DNA of 64,000 nucleotides from the human T2T-CHM13v2.0 reference genome, Homo sapiens. How positions within the stretch are numbered: the stretch's first letter is position 1; every line of letters begins with the position of its first letter. The notes under the pieces were generated by a model that was not told where the DNA came from, did not search any database, and was given only the letters and a program-made list of their open reading frames with translations. The stretch lies in contig CP068257.2 of assembly GCA_009914755.4 (NCBI GenBank), positions 7,072,001 through 7,136,000 of the forward strand. The letters are read 5' to 3'. Shown here in pieces: positions 17,480-29,755 of this stretch. A program made the position numbers and the translations under genes.

Positions 17480-18720
17480 ATGAGTAGGAGGAGGAGTAAA
17501 TGGAACTGTCTGGGCGAAGTTTCAGGAAGGCGCAAGCTGGGGTCGCTGCGCCCTCCCCCACCCATAGCTCGGGGCTCTCCAGTCGCTCCCGGCCCCCAGC
17601 GCGGACTTTCGGGCGCCGGCGGCCCAACCACACAGAGTTGGCAGGATGTAGCCCCCTTCTCCCCTCTCCAAGAGAGAAAAGCGCGAGGAGACGCAAACCG
17701 TATTTCCGTGTCCGAGCGTTGAAACCTGCGGAGTCGCGCGCGGGGCGCCCACACTCTTTCCCGGGGAGCCCCAGCCCGGTCGCCAGCCCCGGTCCCAGCT
17801 CCAGCCCAGGCCTCCCTTACTCTGGGGCTCCAAGGTCGGCTGCTCCCCGGCCTCCGCGGGCGAACGCCCGGGCTGGTAATGCCTCTCAGCCAAGGCCGGC
17901 GTCGCTACGGTTACCCTGACAACCCGGAGGCGGAGTGGGCTGAACCAGAGGGACAGCGAGCGGGAGGGACCAAAAGCCGCAGGAAGTGAGGGAGCGCGTG
18001 AGGATCCGCGCATCGCCGGGGACACTGAGCGACCGTAGAGGCCAGGTCACCGGCTGAGGACACTGCCCGTGAAGCCCGGTCAGGCGGTCGCGCCCTCCCT
18101 GGCGGCCCCCGCGGCCCCGCAGGACCTGTGCCCCGACGTCGCCGACCCGCGGCGTCCGTTGGGCGAGTGGGCCTGCCTGCGGGTAAGGCGCCGGCCCTGG
18201 ACCGCCCTCCCGGGACTGGAGAGGCGCCGCTGCAGGTAACAGCTGGGCCCCGGCTGCGGAAGGGGTCGGGGGTCGGCGCAGGGGCGGGCGCGCCCCGAGT
18301 CGTGTGGGCGGCACCGGCGCACCTGTTGTAGCCGCCTGGGGGTCCCCTGCCCACAGTTGGCCATGGACATTCCCCGCCCCGACTCTGAAACGCCGAGGGC
18401 GGCCTCCACGCCTCCTGCTCCGGGAGCCACGCCTCAGCGGGAGGACGGAGCCCTGCTGGCAGCCCTCGCACCAGGGTCTCCCTCTGAGCCCGGGCATGGG
18501 CCGGGCCTGGGGCGGTCCCTGGTGCCCCCCTGATGGGAAGCGTGGAGCAATGCGAGCCGCCGCCGTCGTCGCTGTCATCCCCAGTGAGCTGGGAGCGCCT
18601 CCTGAATCGCGAGAGCCAGGAGCACGGCTTTGACCGGCTTTGCCCGGCTTTGCCCCGTCATCCCCGTGTCCCATTTCAGGCAGGGGGCCCGGGTTGGATC
18701 TTTCTCACTGGCTTCGTTTT
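17480..18720. promoter_or_regulatory. CpG island, putative promoter/first-exon region of an unidentified gene. Candidate splice donors on + at 18184 (CTGCGG|GTAAGG) and 18237 (CTGCAG|GTAACA), and on - at 17449 (AATTG|GTAAGT)
   Basis: About 1.2 kb with very high G+C and dense CpG, in sharp contrast to the AT-rich flanks (e.g. 'gcgcgaggagacgcaaaccg...cgagcgttgaaacctgcggagtcgcgcgcggggcgcc'). Overlapping ORFs in many frames on both strands are typical of a CpG island rather than coding sequence. No Alu inside. Confidence 0.7.
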
Positions 18721-20930
18721 GTGTGTGTTGATTTGTTTCAGTCCTTCGCGTTTCCAGTTGAGTTACGGAATCTGCCCACACGTTTCATGGCCAAACTTTG
18801 TAGGGCTGTGAAACAATGTAACATTATCCCACACAATAGTCTTTAATACTGGTTTTAAAACACAGTGATGCAGGGTTTGCTTTAAGGAAGCTTTGAGGAT
18901 CACAAGGGATTATTATCTGGTAGGTTGTAAAAATTCAAACAACCGGGAGAGTATCATAGGTTCCGGAACACCGGAAGGAGGAAAGAAAAATGGAGAGGAC
19001 AGAAAAAGGATAAGCAAGAAAGTGCAGGGGCATTAAGGGTGTGGGGGGCTGCAGGATTGATTTGGTACTCAGGTCTGGAGATTATGGCCCCTCTATTAAT
19101 TCCAACCGCTGCTCCAGACAGTACTTGAGGGAAATGGAAGGAAGAGCCGTTTTGGGGGCCCTGCAAGTGATTAATAATCTTGCCAGTATAAAGATTTCCA
19201 CTCCATGGATGGCAAGGACACTAAGGAGAATTACTTTCCTCTTAGAAAGGGAATCATTGAGAGGTTAATTGAACTTGAGAAGCATATATTCTGTGATGGA
19301 AACTGACATTTATTATATTCTTCCAAATTAGGTTTTCCTCCTCTTAGACTATATGGGGACTTTTTCAGATTAATTGTCAAAACAAGAAGGTTTACGTGTG
19401 GATATTGACAAGCAGCGTGATATATACAGAACACATAATTCTTAACCTCAAGTATTAAGGTAATAAATTAAGGGTGGAAAGTAAACACTTCATGGAACCT
19501 TAACTCCCTGTTCCTGAAATTTGAAGACAGGGGCTTCATTTTTAGACAGAAAGTATCTAAAGATCAGCAGTACTCCTGTATCCAGTGGTTCTCAAGTTCT
19601 AGTTTACATATCATTAGCAAAATCACAAAGCGGTCTTTTCATTCAAGATGCAAATAGAGTGATCAGTATATCATAATCAAAAGTGACAAGATAGTGATTT
19701 AAAAAACACCTGGCATTTATTGACAAAAGAAAAGGTAGGATTAAGTCTGCTCAAACAGTAAAGGATTAGCATTAGTATTTTTTTAAAAAGAAGAAAAAAA
19801 CAGTGCAGGTTTCTATGCTAAAGTAGTAAGGACTGAAGAAGTTTTAAGTTTGGAAAAAATGGGGATATGTATTGGTGAAACACTTTGTAATCATATAGAA
19901 TGATTATTTTATCAGCAGCTGTGAAGTTGACTTTGAGGAAATTTTGAATTGAAATACTTTAGGTGACAAGTAAAGGCAACTGTGAAAAGCAACATTTGAT
20001 TTTAGGGGACAGGGTACCTGTGGAAGAAGACTGGTTAGGAGTGGAAGTGAGGCGTAAAAGCACTGAAATGTCTGAGGCAGGGACAATATTCAGTTTCTCT
20101 TCCTCTATCACCTAGTGCAATGTACTTGTTAAACGTTTTTGAATGAGTGAGAAGGGCTTTAGAGAAATTGCTTTGGATATAGGGATACACTTTACTATTG
20201 GAGAAAACACCCGAGATCAGAAAGTTGCTAATGAGATAGGGGTGGGGGATGAATGGTAAAGACACTGATTGTACCTTTTTGGAGTTTTCTACCATTGTGT
20301 TTTATTTCTTTTCACCGGCATGTTCAGTATGTTATTAGTGGTCAAATGAAAAGGAATTAAGTTCTATGTATATTTTTTTAAGTCTCCAAGCTCATTACTA
20401 GATAAAATAGTTACATTATTCTTTACTTTGCTGATGTTAAGCTAAATGTAGCAAACTGAAGCATTATGGATCGGGAATAACAAAGTAACAATGAAGAAAC
20501 AGATGTTGTCTTTTTCTTATTTAAATCTCTTGACTACTTCAGAATTCAAAGTAGAAATAACTTTAGTGGGAGGTTAACATTATTTAATGCAAATAGGTTG
20601 ATAAAAAATATAGCAAATGAGCATGCTATTAATAGTTCTGTCTTCTAGCCTTACTGTGGTAAGTTGAAGGAAGTTTTCATTTTTGTTTTTGTTAGTTTTA
20701 GGGTTTTTGTTTGTTTTTGTTTTCTTTACCAGAGTCAGGGTACTTTTTTCTCTATCTGATACTTTCTGAAATTCTTAAGGAGTTCGGTCAAAGGTGGAAA
20801 ACAATCAAATTTCTATTTTTGGTGTTTTCCTCTTTATTCTCCAAACTTGTCATGGTCTACATTCAATTTGTTGCACTCACATGGAATATCTATCTCTCAG
20901 CCGTTTACTCGTCCACAGTCTAAAGGAGAC

Positions 20931-21313
<383 letters not shown>

Positions 21314-21989
21314 TCAGGATTAGGCTAATGCCCACTAAATGCACTTCTCTCTCCTACTGGGGGTGCTACACGGTTTAGCATTTAGCTCTGTAGGATGCCT
21401 TCCTATAGAATTTTATCTCATATGGATGGATCTTGTACCTCTGAATAGAATAAATATGTTTGGAGCTAAGTGCATGACTTACGCTTCTTCTGTGTTGCTT
21501 TTAGCACACGGTGGGCTTCATTGTGTACCTGATAATTTAAGTAGGGTAATAATAGAGAGGTCAAACCTTTAGTTTGGGGTCATTGCATTAATTTCTACCT
21601 TTGCCCCTTTGGAAAAACAGAAGCTATTATTTTGTCATTGATAACTTGGGATAATAAAACCTGCAATGGTTGTCTGATAGTCTAGTTGTGAGAAGCAAGA
21701 TAAATGTTATTATAGATTATGAATGAAAATATCTTGTATGTTGTAATGAACTTTTTTAATATAAACGGCTGTTATTGACTTAGGCATAGAGCAGACATTG
21801 ATACCACATTCACAGTGTGTTAGGTACTTCCTGGGCTCTGGAATTGCATGTCATAAAGGGTGAACAGGAAATGACCAGGTGCTTCTGAAGCAGAACAGCC
21901 TGGGCTGAGGCACAAATGCCGGGAGAACAAGTAAGCCTTGGTTTATTGTGGCTGAACTGGAGAATACTTCTTCATGTGTATTAGCAGAA

Positions 21990-22760
21990 AATGGGAGGAA
22001 GTAAGGCCAGAAAGGCAAATGTGGGCCAAATCAGAAGGAACCTAAGGACCATGAGTTTATTTTCCTTAAAGGTAATAAGGAGGATTTGGGTCAGTGACTG
22101 GATCAGTTTTGCATTTGGAAAGTAACACTGGCAACACTCAAATGACAGATTGGTAGAGAGCCTAAATGAGAGACCAAAAAATTGGAGAAGTTGCTGAAGC
22201 TCAGTGAAGAAATGAAGACAACTAGGAGAGCGATGGTGGGAATAAGAAGGAGGGGGCACTAAAAAAGGTAGAATTGGCAAAACTTGGTGATACAGGAGAT
22301 GAGGAAGGAGAAGCCAGGGATGACAGTGGGGTGATAGAGTGGATTGTTCTGTTATTCATTGAACTCTAAAGAAGAAAAAAAAATTTTTGAGGACTTTAAG
22401 AAGTGGGGTAGATGTGTTCAGTTTGAGAAGCCTGTCATATATGTTGGGAGGTCCCATAAGTAGTAGTAGTTGGACATGTGGGTCTGGAACTAAAGGGAAA
22501 AAGTCTGAGATGAAGATAGAAATTTGGATTAAGCATTTAGTGCTTGAAGTTAAAATGTGATGATTTTCTCCAGGGATATTATGTGGAATAAGAGGGTAAA
22601 GGATAGAGCCCTGAAGTATGCACATTTTACGTTGTGGGGAGGGGCTGATGGTGGAAGAACCCGCGGAGATTAAAGACCAGTGGTCAGAAAAGGGAACTGA
22701 AAATCTGGGAGGATTAATGGAAGAGTGCCTACTGCTGAGTTGTTCATGCATTGACATTCC
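21990..22760 (+). mobile_element. Possible L2-like ancient LINE fragment
   Basis: 'gtgttcagtttgagaagcctgtcatatatgttgggaggtcc...ggacatgtgggtctggaactaaagggaaaaagtctgagatgaagatagaaatttggattaagcatttagtgcttgaagttaaaatg' weakly resembles the L2 3'-region consensus ('gttaagtttgagatgcctattagacatccaagtggagatgtcgagtaggcagttggatatacgagtctggagttcagggg...'); memory-based and low certainty. Confidence 0.3.
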
Positions 22761-22920
22761 CCAAAATGATTATATTTTCCTCTAGCCACCGTAGAACGCA
22801 CAACACAGTTCACCTATGATTGTTTTATTAAAGTTCATGTAAAATGACTACCCATTACTTTGTTAACAACAGAAGTCTTGATATTTATGTTTAAAAATAT
22901 TTTTAAAACATTTTTAAACA

Positions 22921-23033
22921 GATTTTTTAGATACAGAGTCTTGCTATGTTGCCTAGGCTGGTCTGGAACTCCTGGGCTCCTCCAGCCTCAGCCTTCCAAA
23001 GTGCTGGGATTCCAGGCATGAGCCACTGTGCCT
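22921..23033 (-). mobile_element. Alu fragment (FLAM-like)
   Basis: ttttttagatacagagtcttgctatgttgcctaggctggtctggaactcctgggctcctccagcctcagccttccaaagtgctgggattccaggcatgagccactgtgcctg. Confidence 0.7.
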
Positions 23034-23540
23034 GTGGCTATTTATGGGTTTTTTTGTCTACATTTGGGACAACAAATCAAGTAAAATGTAACTTTAGAAG
23101 TTGATTATGATTATGCCTCAAACAAATACTTAAAAAAAAGAGAGAGCGAGAGATGGATAAAAGTTAATTTTGTGTATGTCTCAGGTAAAGTATGTTAACT
23201 TGGGGAGACCAGCAGTAACCTGTTCTTTAAATCTCAGCTTTTATTGAATCTCACACAAAATTTTTCTCAGATATGTCACTAGACTACTTAAATAAGCCAG
23301 ATTAGTATTTTTGCATACTTTATTAACTCAGCTTCTACTCAGAGTAAATTAGTTTTTGGAATGGAATGCAGTCAAAAAATCATCAAAATAATATCACATA
23401 GCACTGAGTGGTCCAGTCTTTTGAACTTCTGACAATACCTTTGACTTAGAAACTTATTTGTGGGGAGTGGTATATTAATACTATACATAAACATTGATTG
23501 AGCTCGGGGGGACTTTCTGTAGATACATTTAAAAATATGT

Positions 23541-23663
23541 TTTTTAGTAGAGACAGGGTCTCACTGTGTTGCCCAGGCTAGGCTCAAACTCCTGGGCTCA
23601 AATTATCCTCCCCACTTGGCCTCCCAAAAGGATGAGATTACAGGGCGTGAGCCATTGCCCCAA
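23541..23663 (-). mobile_element. Alu fragment
   Basis: ttttttagtagagacagggtctcactgtgttgcccaggctaggctcaaactcctgggctcaaattatcctccccacttggcctcccaaaaggatgagattacagggcgtgagccattgccccaagc. Confidence 0.7.
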
Positions 23664-23775
23664 GCTAAAATTTTTTTAACTACCATTAGAATGTAAGGAT
23701 TCTTTTTAAAAAATTTGATTGTGCAGGGTTGGTTATTCAACCAATATGCAATACAATATTCAATACTGTATATTC

Positions 23776-23836
23776 ATCACTTCTCGGCCTTTTGGCTAAG
23801 ATCAACTGTAGTGTCTGTTGTTATTAATATAATATT
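23776..23836 (+). pseudogene. U2 snRNA pseudogene, 5' ~60 nt only (3'-truncated)
   Basis: ATCACTTCTCGGCCTTTTGGCTAAGATCAACTGTAGTGTCTGTTGTTATTAATATAATAT versus U2 snRNA 5' end ATCGCTTCTCGGCCTTTTGGCTAAGATCAAGTGTAGTATCTGTTCTTATCAGTTTAATATCTG. Flanked by ~24-bp direct repeats TATTCAACCAAT(A/T)T(G)CAATACAA at 23737-23761 and 23838-23862. Degenerate continuation to ~23910 is possible ('tatctgata...aaatggactttttt'). Confidence 0.6.
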
Positions 23837-25390
23837 GTATATTCAACCAATTGTCAATACAAGGCTGGTTGTATCTGATATGAACCAACATTGAGATAAA
23901 AATGGACTTTTTTTTAAAAAAAAAGCTAATTAACTAGATTTGCTTACTTAAAATCAAAGCAATCAACTCGTTACAAGTCTAGAAATAAGAATTTTAAAAT
24001 AAATTTTGAATTTTGACCTTATCTTTTCCCAGAAAGACTTTAAATTGATACTGGAAACCAAATAGGATATATTTTTGGGAGATTTGAGGCTATTAAAACA
24101 AAGGCAAACAAAGAAGTGACCTTCTAAAAGTCCTAGTAATGATTAGGTCCATTGTTTCAATTAAAGCATACCGTGCTTGAGAGATAAAGTGTATTAAATA
24201 TTTGACTGTAACTTTGTATTAGAAATATGTTTTTCAAATCTATAAAAAAGATTTACAAATCTATCTATACCATGTTTTTCAGTTTTATGATATTTCTTCC
24301 AGACCTCTCTTCCTGACATCTCCATTAGTGTCAAGTATTTCTTCAACCCCCAGTGATGCAACGTGAGCCTATTTTTAAAAATGTAGTCTGGAAGCAATAT
24401 ATAACATAGTCAGGAAGCAGTATGGATATATGGTTAAGCATATACACTATACACTTAACTGGGGTTAAGCAGAGATCATACTCCCTGACTTTAAGCACCT
24501 GCTCTACCACAGATGATCTTCTAGAAGCTGTATAAATTAAACCTCTGAAGGTTTACATTTCCTCATTTGAAAAATGGAAATAATAAAGTAAACCCTCATG
24601 AAGTCCTTAAGAGTTTAAATGAAATAATCCATATAAAGTGCTTAAGTGCTGAACATAGCATCTGGTGTGCAATAATCACTCTATAAATGCTAATTGGTAA
24701 AATTATCATCATTGTTGTTGTTAGTCCAACTATAGTAGTAGCATGGAACCAGGATTCTGAAAAGTGTGGCCTGCAGATCAGGGCCAGTGCAGACTTACTG
24801 GTTTGCAGTGAGATCCGGAGCTTGTGCCAGAATGTAAATAGGCGATGTCACTAAACATACTGATTACTGTTCAGCTGACTTTTTAAAAATAGCAAGACCT
24901 CTTCAGTGTAGGAAGCAGTTAGTTGATTTACATTCTGGTGCAAGCTCTTTACCTTGCCACAAACCAGCAGTAGAGTTGACGTGGAGTATTGGACCAATGA
25001 TCCCACTCTCCAAAAAATAATAGTCCTTTATTCTGAAGACGTTATTATTCACTCATAATACCTCATTAACTTTCTTTTTTTCTAAACATTGTAATAATAG
25101 ATTATAAGTATATTGTTTATGAGTTCAGCAGATATTTATTGATCACATAGTTTGTGCACAGCCCTGTATCTTATTTTGCAGGAGTTGCAAAGCTGGCTCA
25201 GAAATTAATCTTGCCTTTAGGAAGTCTACCATAAACCCGCAAGAGGAAATAAGTGAAAATCTAAATAAATGTGTTGAATATATGCAGTGAGTGTTTGCAA
25301 TAGTGTTATAGCTTGGTTCCAAAGATTTCAATATAGACGGAAGTTTCCTTTTGCTGAGCTGCTACCACAATAGGACAGAATTAATTATCT

Positions 25391-25676
25391 TTTTGGAAAT
25401 GGAGTCTTACTCTGATGCCCAGGTTGGAGTACAGTGGCGCACTTCAGCTCACTGCAACCTCCACCTCCCAGATTCAAGCGATTCTCCCACCTCAACCTCC
25501 TGAGTAGCTGAGATTACAGGCATCCGCCACCATGCCCAGCTAATTTTTGTATTTTTAGTAGAGACGGGGTTTCACTATGTTGGCCAGGCAGATCTTGAAC
25601 TCCTGACCTCAAGTGATCCACCAACCTTGGCCTCCCAAAGTTCTGGGGTTACAGGCATGAATCACCACGCCCGGCC
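25391..25676 (-). mobile_element. Alu SINE (reverse orientation)
   Basis: tttttggaaatggagtcttactctgatgcccaggttggagtacagtggcgcacttcagctcactgcaacctccacctcccagattcaagcgattctcc...ggcatgaatcaccacgcccggcc. Confidence 0.9.
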
Positions 25677-26029
25677 AGAACAGAATTTATACCTTTTACT
25701 TTTTCAGCATTATGCTATCACAATAAAGTTCAGCATTTGCTTTATTAAGATAGTGTTTGAATCTTCTAGGAGATTCAGAAACCTGCAGTACAAGGGAAAT
25801 CTGAGTTTTAGATATAATAACAAAATTATAACTTTTAAAGATTTGTATTGTAGAAGATTATCCTTAAGTGTTTTTTAAACTACTAATTTACTATTTCACC
25901 CTTCATGCAAATATATGAATTATAAATGATTGATTGTTCCATAGAACATGAAGAGACATTAAATAAATATTAAAATATTTATAAAGTTTTGGTTAAAATG
26001 AGCACAATTTCTTCTCGAAAAAATTCACT

Positions 26030-26246
26030 GCCAGCCTGGGCAACATAGGGAGACACTGTCTCTACAAAAATAAAAAAATAAAAATTAGCCAGACATGGTA
26101 GTATGTTCCTATAGTCCCACTACTGGAGAGACTGAGTCAGGATGATCAATTGAGCCCAGAAGTTGGAGGCTGCAGTGAGCTATGATCATGCCACTGCACT
26201 CCAGCCTCAGTGATGGAGTAAGACCTTGTCTTTAAAAAAAAAAATT
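26030..26246 (+). mobile_element. Alu, 5'-truncated
   Basis: gccagcctgggcaacatagggagacactgtctctacaaaaataaaaaaataaaaattagccagacatggtagtatgttcctatagtcccactactggagagactgagtcaggatgatcaattgagcccagaagttggaggctgcagtgagctatgatcatgccactgcactccagcc...aaaaaaaaaa. Confidence 0.8.
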
Positions 26247-26674
26247 CATTGCTCAAACAGATAATGTTGAAACAAATTCTGGAGTAATATAAACATAATA
26301 ATTTTTAAAAGGCAAGGCGTGTATATTATACATATAAATATATATATTATATAGTATAGGGTTTACAAACTATGAGTCAGATCATGAGACAGATTTATTT
26401 TTGCAGACTAATTTACTGTTGAGAGGGCTTAGGGAAAAAAGGAAAATAATGCAAAATGTTCAAGTCCAGAAATGTTATTTCATTTTTAATATTTCTTAGA
26501 ATGTTTTGCGTGGAAGTGGATGTATTGGTTTCTCTTATTGCCATGCTTGGTGCACCTGCTCGTAATCACTTTTGTTGTGCCTTTTGCCATAAATTGTTAC
26601 CTAATCTCACTAATGACTTTAAGAAAATTGAAGGTGGGTGTTAGAAAGATTATAGGTAATATTAAAGAATATAA

Positions 26675-26808
26675 GGCAGGCATGGTGGTGTGTACCTGTA
26701 GTCCCAGCTACTCGGAAAGCTAAAGCAGCAGGATCACTTGAGCCCAGGAGTTGAATACAGCCTGGGCAACATAGACTCTGTCCCTATTTCTAAAATTAAA
26801 AAAAAATA
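26675..26808 (+). mobile_element. Alu right-monomer fragment
   Basis: ggcaggcatggtggtgtgtacctgtagtcccagctactcggaaagctaaagcagcaggatcacttgagcccaggagttgaatacagcctgggcaacatagactctgtccc...aaaaaaaaa. Confidence 0.7.
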
Positions 26809-28074
26809 CACACACAAACACATACAATGTAAAATAAAGAAAAGAGAGTAACCCGAAATTTAAGAGGAGAATTATAAGGAAAAACAGAGTAAAAAATGAA
26901 ATTTGGATCAAGAAATGACTAGGTAAGTTAGACCCATGGCACTGTAATCACAACTTTTTTACCATAGCAGATCAGGTATTTTGCGATCTCTCCCCTATCT
27001 CATCTTTGAACTCATCTTGTACCAAAGTCTTTCTCTCCAATTAGGTACCAGCCACCCTTGCCTTCTTTTAGGTAATTGTCTGTAAGGTTGAGTCTACATA
27101 TCATAGACAAAGAATTTATATTTCCACACCCCACCCTCAGCCTCACCTAACCAGACCTGTCTGTTCAAACTGTGTCCCTACCACACATAGTAGGCCCTCA
27201 AATAATGGTTGAATAGGTAAATGGAAAACCCAAAAATAGAGGCATTAAGGATGAGAAAACTTGAGGACACAGAAGACCTATTAGATTATGAATGATATCG
27301 ATGATAAAATACAATCAGATGTTGCTCTTAGAAGCATATAATCCCTAAAGGATAGAAAATGACTCATTTATTATTTGCTCAGCCCGTAATTATTAATTAG
27401 TTACCCACTATATTTGGATTTAGGAGTGGAAATTACCAGTGAAGAAGGTATAGCTCCAATAACAGTGTAAGTAAAGAGACAGAAAGACATGGGGAAAAGA
27501 TAATCACTAGTACAAACGGTTCAAGAGTCCCCTCATAGTTGATGTTGCCTCCTCAGCATCTGCAATTTACAAGCGGTCCCACAAAGATCAATGATCTGCT
27601 AGAGCAAGCGTGATACATGCCATTGTCTGAATCTCAGTGCAGCTTTGTACTTTTCAACATAATAACTCTTCTGAATTGATCAAGAAGAAAGCAGCTTTAA
27701 TAAATGTTGAAAGGAGTTAATTTGGGGTTTGGATGTATGATTCAAGGGACGACCAGGGGCCTCTACAAATATTCCAGTTTGTGGGTTTGTGAGTCTTAAA
27801 GAATTCTAAGAATAGCAAGAGTCTATCATATATCATAAACAGAAGGGAACAAAAAAGTCACATAAATCCAGAAACATAGTGAATTCCTGATAGAAGTGTT
27901 TAAACTGTATGCAGCAGTAGTAAACTAGCTTGAACTTAGCTAAGAGTGAAATAATGAAGGATGTAACTATGTAAGATAGACTGCAGTGGAGACACTAAGT
28001 CCCTGCTTCATAGAGCTCACATTCCGGTGAAGGGCACCAACAGAAAACAAAGAGGGAAAATATATACATTATGT

Positions 28075-28882
<808 letters not shown>

Positions 28883-28884
28883 CA

Positions 28885-29032
28885 TTTTTTTATTTTATAT
28901 ATTTTTTCTTTTTTAGAGATGGGGATCTCACTGTGTTGACCAAGCTGACCTTGAACTCCTGGCCTCAAGTGATCTTCCCATCTCAGTCTCCCAAAGTGCT
29001 GGGATTACAGGCATGAGCCACTGTGGCTGGCC
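28885..29032 (-). mobile_element. Alu fragment (reverse orientation)
   Basis: tttttagagatggggatctcactgtgttgaccaagctgaccttgaactcctggcctcaagtgatcttcccatctcagtctcccaaagtgctgggattacaggcatgagccactgtggctggcc. Confidence 0.75.
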
Positions 29033-29120
29033 TCTTTGTTTTTGTCAAGTTTTTGAGGTGTAAGTGTTCTTTATATACTCGATATTAAGCAAGACCCTGT
29101 CTCTTAAAAAAAAATGATAC

Positions 29121-29414
29121 GGCCAAGCGCGGTGGCTCATGCCTGTAATCCCAGCATTTTGGGAGGCTGAGGTGGGTGAATCACCAGAGGACAGAAGTTG
29201 GAGAGCAGCCTGGACAACCTGGTGAAACCCCATCTCTACTAAAAATACAAAATTAGCCAGGTGTGGTGGCACATGCTTGTGATCCCAGGAACTTGGGAGG
29301 CTGAGGCAGGGAGAATTGCTTGAATTTGGGAGGCAGAGGTTGCAGTGAGCTGAGATCATGTCACTGCACTCCAGCGTTGGACAACATAACGGAATCTCCA
29401 TCTCAAAAAAAAAA
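29121..29414 (+). mobile_element. Alu SINE, the last interspersed repeat before the satellite
   Basis: GGCCAAGCGCGGTGGCTCATGCCTGTAATCCCAGCATTTTGGGAGGCTGAGGTGGGTGAATCACCAGAGGACAGAAGTTGGAGAGCAGCCTGGACAACCTGGTGAAACCCCATCTCTACTAAAAATACAAAATTAGCCAGGTGTGGTGGCACATGC...tctcaaaaaaaaaa. Confidence 0.9.
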
Positions 29415-29755
29415 GCTATTAGTCCCTTACCAGATATACGATTTGCAAATATTTTCTTACATTCTGTAGGTTGTCTTGTCCTGAAACTGCATGTCATTTT
29501 TTTATGCTCTTTTATTTTTTGTTCTTACTGTTTCCTCTTTTATTTGTCTAAGCACTTTAAGTAATATTCTTTTGGGTGTTATATAATCATTCAACTGTCT
29601 GAAATCCAATTCACCCACTTTTTTCCTATTGACTATTTCTCATGATGGATTATTTCTTCAGATATTTTGTAACATTTGCTTAACTGGTTTTAAATTATGA
29701 AAATTGAGAAAGATTCTTTGCTTCATGAAATTTGGTCAGGCTCCTAAACCTTCTC

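Noticed and set aside
17464-18846. Overlapping GC-rich ORFs (17886-18674 minus strand 262 aa; 17911-18471 minus 186 aa; 17522-18025 minus 167 aa; 17500-17919 + 139 aa; 18304-18633 + 109 aa)
   Set aside because: All lie inside the CpG island, overlap each other in several frames on both strands, and are Pro/Arg/Gly/Ala-rich as expected from GC-rich non-coding DNA. They give no consistent frame and no recognisable domain. I treat them as CpG-island artifacts and call the region a promoter or 5' exon instead.
23838-23935. Continuation of the U2 pseudogene ('tatctgata...aaatggactttttt' then an A-run)
   Set aside because: Similarity to U2 positions 60-110 is weak and interrupted by a ~40-bp segment that duplicates the upstream flank. 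The 5' 61-nt fragment with flanking direct repeats is the better-supported interpretation.
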